From Leptogorgia sarmentosa (taxonomy: Eukaryota), in contig OZ210885.1 in assembly GCA_964658305.1 (NCBI GenBank), positions 11,284,001-11,348,000 of the forward strand: 64,000 nt of DNA. The letters run 5' to 3'. A program made the translations under genes and the position numbers. Positions within the stretch are counted from its first letter, which is position 1, and each line of letters opens with the position of its first letter. The notes under the pieces were generated by a model. The model ran no database searches, was not told the origin of the DNA, and saw nothing but the letters and a program-made list of their open reading frames with translations. Of the stretch, positions 1 to 10,800 are shown piece by piece.

Positions 1-98
1 AGATAAGCCGGGATTGCACGTGCACGTGTATGATCCAGGATAGATATTGCAGGTGGCATTCTGATGACAAACTGATGTATTTTGACATTCGTGGGTAT
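1..98 (-). CDS. Calcium-binding EGF-like domain exon (runs off the window edge)
   Basis: Acceptor ctgtttag at 99-106. The phase-1 exon translates (D)THECQNTSVCHQNATCNIYPGSYTCTCNPGLS, matching the cbEGF pattern DxxEC...C...C...GSYxCxC. It is in phase with the Ig exon ending at 2420. Confidence 0.85.
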   Translation of the reverse strand, partial: MPTNVKIHQFVIRMPPAISILDHTRARAIPAY

Positions 99-1340
99 CT
101 AAACAGATTTTTAAATTTGTTAATAATAACGGTCACAAAAATGAGCGGTGTTGTAGGGAGGATTAAACCAAACTAAACTAAACTTTAGTCTGCTATATGC
201 GTAATGAATTTGTTGTGCTTTGTTTTCCATGTATAATGCCTTGATTACCCTAGCTTTGAGCACTCTTTCAAAATGATTTTATTAACCAATTAACCTACTT
301 GGGCACATTGTTATAAAAGTTTGCCTAACATAAATTATACGCAAACATATATGAATATTAGATAAATATTGATCACGTAAAAATGGCTAAATTTTCTCGA
401 TCATACCCTCCTACTCGACCTCATGTAGTAATTTTATAGTTATTTCAGTATTTTATAGCTTCGAAATAATTTTCTATATAATGTCAATAGCTTACAAAAT
501 ACACTGACGTAGCGAGTTACAGCTCGAAGTTAGTATTCTGTTATGTAATGGTTTTTTAAAAATTAATCCTTTAATATTTGAGATCAGTGGCTATGCTTTA
601 CCATATTTGTAGTGTCCATGATCCTTTGCGCGTACGCGTGAGCAGCTGAGAGCACAGAATGAGCGCGTCCTTTTCAAATTTTTAAAATTAACACTAACTT
701 ATCGGTGCTTAATTTCGCGTGACATTATTTTTGCGATTGGAAAAACATCGCGAAATTAAAGTCACGCTAATAAAAATCCCCGCGAAATTTACACACGCGA
801 AATTAAATAGCCTAGTAAAAAAATTGAAATTATTTAATTATAAAAGTCTTAATAAATACGCCCAATCACATGTTTAATTAAGAAGTTTGGAATAGCGAAC
901 GTATAGTCATCGGTACAAAAGAGCTTTCCCTTGAAGATCAGTTTCTAAAATCTTGATGTCTCCAATGAGTTTTATATGAAAAGAAAAATCATTATGGACT
1001 GCTTAAAAGTAACCTATACATTCTGTTGTGGTTCTGACTTTCTTAAAAAGCTGTAGTTTATTATATTTTTTTAATTTCAAATAGCTAACTGTGATAAATA
1101 ATGTTCAGGAAAAACAGTATTTCGCGAAAGTTAATGCACAATTATCGCATATAGGTGAACAAAATAAATTTCAGACGCGAAGTTTAGGTAAATTTGAGCT
1201 CACTATTATACATGATTTAGGCCATATTTATACTGCCATGTGTTCTTTTGCATTTACTGATTTACAAACTATTTTTGTTCAGGATTTTTGAAGGAAAGTG
1301 TGATAATGGTATGGCAATGTAAACACAGTATCGGTATAAT

Positions 1341-1471
1341 AAACAATTATAGAATGAGGTCGAGTAGGATATGAGGAATTATTAAGGCCGAGGTTTCTGT
1401 TAATTGCCGAACACAAACTGAGGCCTTAATAATTCAGCGAGTCCTGTGAGAACCGAAATTAATAATTGTTT
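1341..1471. repeat. Hairpin interspersed repeat (AACAATT...AATTGTT ends); related copies at 27813-27968 and 59337-59400
   Basis: Imperfect palindrome aaacaattatagaatgaggtcgagtaggatatg...aataattgttt shared between the copies. Confidence 0.7.
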
Positions 1472-2063
1472 TATTATTTCATTAGTATCTTCATCCGACT
1501 TAGCGTATAAACGGTTGCATTATATTATAAACAAGAACTTGCATTTTTCGCCCTTTTAATCTAAGGAGCATAAATTAGTCGACGTCGTAATATCAACGCT
1601 AAAATTCCTGTTTTTTTTGTCATTTACATTGTCAACTTTGATCAAAAAAGTTTATTGAACGTGTACTACAATGATATTTCGCCAAACACGCGTGCAATTT
1701 TTCATTAATACTTCTCGAAGCGTGTAATTTCCTATACTAATTGAAATTATAAAATTTTTAAAAACTCATTCGTATCTACAAACGACGTAGCTACAACTCT
1801 TATGCGCTGATTAAATAAGAATGAGAATTGTTAGAGTTGATAAGCAAGAGTTTGTACAAGATTTCTGTTAACACTCTCACGCGGGCCAAACGAGGGTATA
1901 ATTAGAGTTGATGAGCGTTGACTAGTCATTGATGTTAATGACTGATCAAATGAGCACGAACTCTCATCAACTCTCTTGAACCAGTTCAAGGTCGATGACA
2001 GCGGATGGGATTTGGCATTCAACGCAAACGGGAGTTGCAACTCTCGTTGCAACCCTTCTACTA

Positions 2064-2099
2064 ATTCCCGACGAATGCCCTTCGGTCGAAACGTCGAAT
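2064..2099 (+). ncRNA. Degenerate minimal type I hammerhead-like motif, copy 1
   Basis: ATTC CCGACGA A TGCC-cttc-GGTC GAAAC GTC GAAT. Stem I ATTC/GAAT pairs; the core is CCGA instead of CUGA; stem II is imperfect. Confidence 0.45.
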
Positions 2100-2298
2100 C
2101 TGTTTTATCGTTTAGGTAGTGAGATTATCCTAGCTGCTCTTGTTCGTCATCCTCAAGTGCTACCTACGCTGGCGACGTATGCTGTTGTTTTGCAACTCTC
2201 ATCCTCCTTCTACCTGACCACCATAAATAGCTGTAACTATATACATCAACAATCACCAAAAGTTCTCCTTACTACCTAAACGCCACAACGAGATTATA

Positions 2299-2334
2299 AT
2301 TCCCGACGAAGAGCCTTTGCTCGAAACGTCGAAT
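2299..2334 (+). ncRNA. Minimal type I hammerhead-like motif, copy 2 (CCGA core variant)
   Basis: ATTC CCGACGA A GAGC-cttt-GCTC GAAAC GTC GAAT. Stems I and II are perfect and there is a GUC cleavage triplet. It lies 235 nt from copy 1; truncated relatives sit at about 10398-10427 and 35194-35227. Confidence 0.55.
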
Positions 2335-2419
2335 CATTTCTATCGTTCAGGTTGCTGGTTTTTGATGTTGTTTTCGGGACTACCCTTACTGCCGACATAT
2401 ATACTACATAGGCACCCAC

Positions 2420-2814
2420 CTGTTATTTGCAGACGTGCCATTGAATATATGATATCCAATTCGTTCACCGCAGTGCACTGGTACATGCCGTTGTACTCCA
2501 GGGTGATATTTTTAATGATCAAATATGACCTACTGTTCTTGTACTGTATTACGACGTTGCCATTTGGAGAGCTGTAAGAAATTAGAAGCGACGTTGAACA
2601 TGCGCACACTTATATGCGCAAATTATGTCTATTAGGGAGCTTAAATCCTCGTGGACCAGGGTGAGTTTTACTATATACCTTCGAGGGATTCTAACGCCGT
2701 TTCTGAACCAATTGTAAGTGGGACCGCCAAACGCTGCACACGGCCACTCAAGCCGAATGCCCAACGGTTCATAACGATCCTCTATTTCGCCACCAAGCAT
2801 TCATTGTGCATAAT
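2420..2814 (-). pseudogene. Two exons (2814-2679, 2571-2420) encoding an Ig I-set domain, with an in-frame TGA near the start
   Basis: Spliced translation (D)YAQ*MLGGEIEDRYEPLGIRLEWPCAAFGGPTYNWFRNGVRIPR/SSPNGNVVIQYKNSRSYLIIKNITLEYNGMYQCTAVNELDIIYSMARLQIT. Shows C...W...GxYxC I-set hallmarks, GT-AG junctions and consistent phases. Confidence 0.75.
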
Positions 2815-3924
2815 CTGAATGGAAAACAACATTGAAATTAAAAATATCAAGCTTCCTGTTCTGTGTTTTAGTATTCTTTAAATTTTAATATGACGCAATG
2901 AACTACTGAAAAAGATAGCTGAAACGTGGAAGTCCAGTGATTCTAAAAACACCCGGTTTAATTTTAACCCGAATAACATTTTTTAAAATTATATATAGGT
3001 ATAGTAATAGCTCTTTTTTATCTAGTATTTTATATATCCTAAATAATTGTTGTATATTTTAAATATTTTTAATTGTAATACCACCGTAATTCTTTGCAAA
3101 AGGTGGGAAATAAAATCAATCAATCGATTCCGATCAAATCCAACCCAGTATATCCTGGTCAATATGAGCCCGACGCAAGTTGAGTCAAATTGACCAAGAA
3201 ATCCTGGTCAACGTATTTGACTTTTGGAATATATTTGGAATTCTGGCTCAAGGTTGAATTTGAAATTGGACAAGGTCAAAATGAACCCAAGTTTTAGGTT
3301 ATTAAGCCCCAATTTGAGACGGCTGCTTTTCAGCAATGGTTGCGATATTCGGACAGTTTTACAAAGATCATAATAAAAGAGGGTTTGATAGTTGTCTAAT
3401 GTAGCTATAACTTTGACATCCAATAAATAGCTATATATGCAAATTAAAACATTTAAATATGGTTTATATAGAGATTATAGTTTAATTTACCGCCAATTTG
3501 AATTATTCAATATCAGGCGCGGATCCAGCATTAAATCTGACCGTGGCAGGGTCAAAAACTCGCATAACCAGGGGGGTCCGGGGGCACACCCTGCCCCCCC
3601 GGTAAATTTTCGAAATTTTAACACATTTCCTGCGTTCAGAGCATCGAATTCTATCATATAATTCGCCATTAATTCCGCCATATTTTAGAGAGAAAATTTA
3701 TATTCTATTGGCAAATGGTCATCGCCATGTGCTCGAGATCATATTACTATTTGACCAACTTCAAATATTATTTACATATAAAATGTGCATACACAAATAT
3801 TCCCTGGCCCATGTTGATGATTACTTCTTTAAACATATTATACTTGGATTCAATTAGTACTTATTATCATCCCAGCAAACACACGACGTCGTTTCGACGT
3901 CGAATTTAGGTTGATATTTGGTCG

Positions 3925-4830
3925 GGACGTCGATCGACTATATATCGACGTTGAATCGACGTCGATAACCTGACCTCATATCGACGTCGACAAATTGACC
4001 TCGTTTCGACGTTGGATCGACGTCGTTAACCTGACTTGATATCGACGTCCACAAACTGACCTCGTTTCGACGTTGAATCGACGTCGTTAATCTGACCTCA
4101 TATCGACGTCGACAAACTGACCTCGTTTCGACGTTGAATCGACGTCGTTAACCTGACTTAATATCGACGTCGACAAATTGACCTCGTTTCGACGTTCAAT
4201 CGACGTCGTTATCCTGACTTAATATCGACGTCGAAAAATTGACCTCGTTTCGACGTTCAATCGACGTCGTTATCCTGACTTAATATCGACGTCGAAAAAT
4301 TGACCTCGTTTCGACGTTCAATCGACGTCGTTATCCTGACTTAATATCGACGTCGACAAATTGACCTCGTTTCGACGTTCAATCGAAGTCGTTATCCTGA
4401 CTTAATATCGACGTCGAAAAATTGTCCTCGTTTCGACGTTCAATCGACGTCGTTATCCTGACTTAATATCGACGTCGACAAATTGACCTCGTTTCGACGT
4501 TCAATCGAAGTCGTTATCCTGACTTAATATCGACGTCGAAAAATTGTCCTCGTTTCGACGTTCAATCGACGTCGTTATCCTGACTTAATATCGACGTCGA
4601 CAAATTGACCTCGTTTCGACGTTCAATCGAAGTCGTTATCCTGACTTAATATCGACGTCGAAAAATTGTCCTCGTTTCGACGTTCAATCGACGTCGTTAT
4701 CCTGACTTAATATCGACGTCGAAAAATTGACCTCGTTTCGACGTTCAATCGACGTCGTTATCCTGACTTAATATCGACGTCGACAAATTGACCTCGTTTC
4801 GACGTTCAATCGACGTCGTTAACCTGACCT
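3925..4830. repeat. Tandem array, 60-61 bp unit, about 15 copies, very CpG-rich
   Basis: Unit cctgacttaatatcgacgtcgaaaaattgacctcgtttcgacgttcaatcgacgtcgttat recurs every 61 nt. Confidence 0.95.
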
Positions 4831-6292
4831 GAACATTAAAACAACTAATTAAAAATATATATATTTACGTTTTGGGCCATATAGCTGACGTTGAATATGG
4901 ATCAGCATATTTTTATACCCCAACATACAATTGCATATCAACACTTTATAAACTGATCTTTTGGGCAAAGTTCGTACCGACGACTACGTTTGCTATTTCA
5001 ACCTTTTTCAACATGTGATTGATCGTATTTATTAAGACATTGATAGTTTTTAAATAATTTTGAACTTTTGGGTAGGGTTTAACCGTATTTGTATAGGAAA
5101 TTACTCGGCTCGAGAAGTATTAATGAAAAATTGCACGCGTGTTTGGACTTTGGCGAAATACGAATAAGGTGTCGCGCATTCGGCCCAAACTCGGTTCGGG
5201 CCGTTCGGCTCGGCATACAATCGGCGATGACACGAGGCTGAGAATCATGGGAAGTGTTGTCATAGACGCTCACAAACCGCGTGTATTCAAAATTTCACAC
5301 AAAGGATTTCATTGCTTGTCGTTGTTCTTGTCTTTTGGGGATAATTTCCCGTTCATTTAGTTGATTTAATTCAAGACTACAGAAAAGGTTAGTATAATAT
5401 GCAACTTGTTTATTTTTATTTTGTGATATATCGCTTTATATTTCGTTCAATCAGTGTGCACTGCGATGCGCTTCGAAGTTCGAAGTGCTCGTGCTTCAAA
5501 AGTGCTGGTTCAATAAACTGAACTGGAACACTAGTGATCAGCACTATAATTCACAAAATTAATCGCTTCTACATAAAGGTCAATTCTGTATCATATATTC
5601 TTATACTATGCTACAGAAAAGTCGATTTCTAGCTCTTGCCTCGACAATGATGTGTAACGTTTGTGTATTTGATTAGTAGAGTTACATTTTACAATCCAAA
5701 TCAATCTAGTAGTTTAGTTAGACTTTGTCAGCCTGGTTTCATCAGTGATATATTAAAAACCGAGTATTTCTGCGTAGGAAATTTTTTGTTATTGATTTAG
5801 GCTGGTTTTCAATTTTTTCAAATAGAATTTCAGACAACCAACTAAGCAGACTGAGCATACAAAGAGGCAGTGGAAGCGAATTTTTTAAGAGGGGGGGGGG
5901 GGGGCTTTAAGCAAAAAATCACTAGTTAGTATGGTCATGCATAACTCATCTGGTTTGTTAAGCAAATAATCACTAGTCAGTAGGGACATAACTCATCAGG
6001 TTTGGCAAAAGCAATTAAGCAAACTGATTTTTTTGATATCCTTTCAAAATTTGTTGACTTAAACTGGCTACAGTAGATCGAGACTATAAACCTGAACTAG
6101 AATGCCATTGCTATGCTAATTCCATACTGGCTGGCACACATATTGTGTTGAAGATGAAAATTGAGAATTACTTGCTTTCAATAAATCGATTAACAAAGCC
6201 ATCAAAAAGATAACTGCTTAGTTATGTAGAGGGATATACTGTAGCTACATTAGAGAGACAGGCTTAATTAATTGATATTTTTCACTTATTAG

Positions 6293-6370
6293 AGCACCAA
6301 AGTGATGTTTATAAAGCAATGGGACAGATTTTAAAGTATGCTCCGGACAGGAAAGGGGGAAGTAGAAAGT
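6293..6370 (+). pseudogene. Remnant of a transposon accessory gene (DUF4806-like C-terminus)
   Basis: Translates HQSDVYKAMGQILKYAPDRKGGSRK just after a ttag acceptor. LKYAPDRxGG resembles the end of DUF4806-type proteins associated with CMC elements (recall, not searched). Confidence 0.45.
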
Positions 6371-6789
6371 CTATCTATAATCGATCATTATGGGACATTT
6401 TTCATAATAAACATATAGTCCATACACAAGATTGATAACTGTAACTGCAGAAGAATACAAAATTTGCCAGGATTCTACATTTCACAGCCAATCTTGGCAA
6501 TTTTACCAAACTTGTAAGATGTTCTTTCAAATAATATCGTGGTAACAAATTAATTAACGTATAGCTAGTTGATAATAAATTAGTGCAGATAGTATAATAT
6601 ATATAGGTCCAAATTGGAATCGCCTAATTACAGTTCGGTGTTTGTAAATAATCAAGTGTATTAAAGTATGTAATATGTAATATGTAAGATACTGACTGAG
6701 TTCGGAAATAAATATATCATCAAAACAAATTGCAACAGAAAATTTATTAATTTTGATCAATTTGCAACTTCGTCGCATTTTCCAACGTA

Positions 6790-7110
6790 CTATCGACGTC
6801 GAAAAGTCAACGTTGAATCGACGTCGAAACGTCAACGTTGAATCGACGTCGAAAGTCTAACGTCGATTCGATTTGCGTTTTCGACCTGTTTTTCGACGTC
6901 GTATCGACGTCGAAAAGTCAACGTTGAATCGACGTCGAAAGTTCAACGTTGAATCGACGTCGAAAAGTTAACGTTGAATCGACGTCGAAACGTCAACGTT
7001 GAATCGACGTCGAAAGTCTAACGTCGATTCGATTTGCGTTTTCGACCTGTTTTTCGACGTCGTTTCGACGTCAGGTAGTAACGTCGATTCGACGTTGAAT
7101 CGACGTCGGT
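6790..7110. repeat. Right subterminal array, about 21-bp unit cgacgtcgaaaagtcaacgttgaat-like
   Basis: Repeated aacgttgaatcgacgtcgaaa, inverted relative to the motif in the left array. Confidence 0.9.
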
Positions 7111-7699
7111 GTGCTTACTGGGTACTAGGGGCCCAACCTGGCCGGGGGCCCTGGGAAGAGGTTTCTTCAGGGCCGTGGCTAATGTGAAATTCAAACAATT
7201 TTTATTGAAACTGAAGATGCAAAAAAAGTTCGAAGTTAACAAAATGTTTGATATCATTCAGTAGCTAGCTGAAACAATTTTGTTGCCTTTTAAATTGTGC
7301 TTGGATGTTGACAGTATATTAATTGTTGTATATTACAGTCAAACTTTTACTGTTGTCATTGTTTCTGCTTTATAGGAACTTATTTTAGTGTGCTTCTTTT
7401 TACGGAACGTTTTTGTCTTTTGGGTATAATTGAAGCAGAAGAGATGTTAAATAGCTATAATATGTTCGATAAGAAATAGCAGAATTAAAATGCATATCAT
7501 ATGCAGAATTCAGAAGAATATTTCGTAAAGTTAGCATAGTAAAAATGTGAAGCGAAGAGGTATAACTAAGAGGCAATCCACAACAGTTCAACCGAGGGCC
7601 GACACTGGAGATTTACGCCGATGAACTGATTTGCAACGTAAAACAAACATTTTGTGAATGTACTTTCAAGTATTTTTATTTGAAGAAAAAATAATTATT

Positions 7700-7860
7700 T
7701 CAATTTAATAAAAGTATTCCAATATTCAATTTGGTACCGGCGGGGTAACATTTGCGGAGTTGTTTGACAAACATAGTATGAAAAGGATTTAATTTTTTCT
7801 CCAATGGCATCGTTGCTAACGTTTCTTCAGAACCGTTAAATCCGTACACGTCAGCAAAAT
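7700..7860 (-). CDS. Candidate terminal exon of the STAND gene
   Basis: AG at 7862-7861, then a phase-1 open frame (D)FADVYGFNGSEE...ILLLN*, with AATAAA at 7680-7675 just after the stop. The polypyrimidine tract is weak. Confidence 0.45.
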
Positions 7861-10800
7861 CTTATTTCTTATCGAAACTCGGGCACTTTAATACTAACTT
7901 TTAAGCAGAGCGGAAGTCGAGAAAACGTTTATGCAAATTTTCGTTTACCTATTCTGAACAACATTTTGATATCCTTGTTTGATTTGTGTTTAAGATGCTT
8001 ACCATCGTCTGTTCCAATAAACACTCGCTGATCATCTGCACTGAAACCCAGAGCATTAACTGCACTCTCCACTTGGAACACAACAAGCTGTTCATAATTA
8101 TCCATTCTCCAAAGGATTGTACTTCGGTCCCACGACCCTGAGGCTAGTATTGTCCCACTTTGTGAAACAGCCAAACACCTAACATCGTCAGAATGTCCCA
8201 GTAGTTGTTGAACTTCTCTACCTGTTTATAAAATAAGATAGCACGTATATAAAAGGGTGTAATAGGTAATTTTCACTCACATCGTTACTACATTGGCAGT
8301 ATTTTTCAAAACATTGCGGCGATAAAATAAATGATTGAGACAAGTAACTACATTAACTAACCCATCAGCTACACTCTGTTTACAGCGCTAACTTCCATTT
8401 ATACTATTACGTCCCTATAGCAACTTAAACAGCAATGTAAGCGATAGACAAACACCGAAACGATCTTCATTACTAAAAACAAAATAACTGTAATTTTGCG
8501 GAATTTACTGTAGCGTGTTTTACAGGCGTGTGTTTTCATTTGATTACTTCTTGGGATTTCATAAAAGTATGCCCTCATCTTTGTTGTGCAAGTCCATAGA
8601 TATAGGTATCGAGCCAACTTGAACGCTTGGGTAAGACTCGCTACCGGTCCCTTTTGCCTCGATAACTAAAGTGGTAGAGTAACGGTCAATGCCGAACAGT
8701 TTACTGAAACTTATAATATATTTACTGGTGTTTAAAATTTAGTGGTTGATGTTGATGGTAGAAGAGAAAGTAGATAATTGGAAAGCATGCATGAAGCTAT
8801 AAACAGGAAATATTCTATACAGTGAATGCCAATGATTGCACATGAATGTTGTCCTACTTGTATTTGTAATTACTGAACTTTCACATTTTAAAATTGGCAG
8901 ATATCATTTATGCATACGATTTCTTAATAATTGTATGTTTTATTGTTTAGAAGAAATAATATGTCTCTCTGTCCGAATTGATTTTTATACTTTTATTAAT
9001 ATGTTGCAGACAAAAGCATTCCCTCCAGCCATTTGTGAGATTTTTTAATTTTTTACCCAGTAAACATTGATCCCGTTCAAGAAATGACTGAATTAATTTT
9101 TATCCCAGCGTAAATCTGGATACATGTCTCTTCAAGCATCTAATCCAAATTTCAAATGTCATCATATGACGACGACTACCGTACATGATTGGCTAATTTT
9201 CTATTGAATTATCAATTACTGTGAGTGTAAACTTTTGTTCCCTCACCCATATGAACTGCATTTTAACTATATTCTCATTTCAATGAATAACCAAGATTAA
9301 AGCTTTTGTTTATTAGCTAACTTGAAAAAGGCAAGTATGAATATATTTAAAATATAGTCATAATACATACGCTATAATTCAATTTATGTGCTTCCAAAAC
9401 TGAAACTTTTCTCAAAATCCGTGGCAGTAGGTTACAGGTTTAAAAAACTTGGATAATTATCCGTGTAACGAAATGAGATTTGGATGGCGTAATATTATTA
9501 ATACTTACAACGCGTTCCAAACTATTTTCAACAATTCCAAACTATTTTTTTCCCCGCAAAATTATTAAAAAAATGTAAAAAGTGCGAAGATTTGTTTCCC
9601 CAAATCAAAATACCATTTATTTTGCAGAAACTCTCCAAAAAAAAGCTTTTTTATTTAAATTAGACACCATTTAATAACAAAACTGCATATTTGAAAGTAT
9701 TTATCAAAATCGTGAGTTTGTCAAGATAAATAAGGTGGCTGAATTTCAGACACCCAAACTGTTTCGATTCTGTCAAAATCGTATATAAATACTGATCAAA
9801 GATAAATTAGGTGGCTGAATTTCAGACACCTAAACTGCTTCGAGTCTGCCAAAATCGAATATAAATACTGATCAAAGATAATTTAGGTGGCTGAATTTCA
9901 GACACCTAAACTGCTTCGAGTCTGCCAAATTCGTACATAAATACTGATCAAAGATAAATTAGGTGGCTGAATTTCAGACACCTAAACTGCTTCGAGTCTG
10001 CCAAAATCGAATATAAATACTGATCAAAGATAAATTAGGTGGCTGAATTTCAGACACCCAAACTGCTTCGAGTCTGTCAAAATCCTCTATAAATATACTG
10101 ACCAGAGATAAATAAGGTGGCTCGATCAAAACATAGAATTCGAAAGTTTTTTCGCTATGTCATAATATTCACGACGTTAGTATGTAATTACACGATAAAA
10201 GTTGACATCTGAACAATTTATTGAATTTAACTCATTATAGATGTAAGTATAATTTGCTATATACATTCAGCAGTTACAATAACTGGAGCAATAGGCTAGA
10301 TATAATTCGTATGCGAGAAATATGGCAGTGAATCAATGCAGTAACAATACGAGTTGCTTCAGTTATATCGTTTTTAGTTTTTCGAACAACAGCAAGGGAC
10401 GAAGGGCCTTCGCTCGAAACGTTGAATGTTTTTGTGTCGATCGCTTAGGTACAATTTAGGTATTGAGTAAAACCGTTGCTGTTGGTGGACTTTTCCAATC
10501 TTTTACATTCTCGGATGCACGCATTTTGTCGTTAAGCTGAATGAAGAAAATTAAAATAAATGCAAATGGATACATGAGTAGATATATTAATTGACATGAA
10601 TTATTACACGTTAGTGTATGCGCCGATATATTCACATTACACTGATTGCCGGCATAACAAAATATCCGACTCCAACACAAGTACAAGCCACATGTCTATT
10701 GTAAAAGTTTATACCAAAGGAATTCTCAATTCAATATGGGCAAGGTTTACTTATGGATATCTTACCCGCGTCCCCATCGGCGTTGCGACAGCCATCCTGT

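Larger units (their letters stand above)
3871..7122. mobile_element. Non-autonomous EnSpm/CACTA-like (CMC) DNA transposon with subterminal tandem arrays
   Basis: TIRs cccagcaaacacacgacgtcg (3871) and cgacgtcggtgtgcttactggg (7122), with CGACGTCG-rich arrays at both ends. No clean TSD seen. Confidence 0.75.

Noticed and set aside
2801..2803. In-frame TGA as selenocysteine or programmed read-through
   Set aside because: The position fits a Trp codon mutated TGG to TGA, not a Cys site, and no SECIS can be seen in the window.
3925..4830. CRISPR-like appearance of the regularly spaced palindromic 61-bp repeats
   Set aside because: Whole units are near-identical with no unique spacers, there are no cas genes, the context is eukaryotic, and the array lies inside transposon TIRs.
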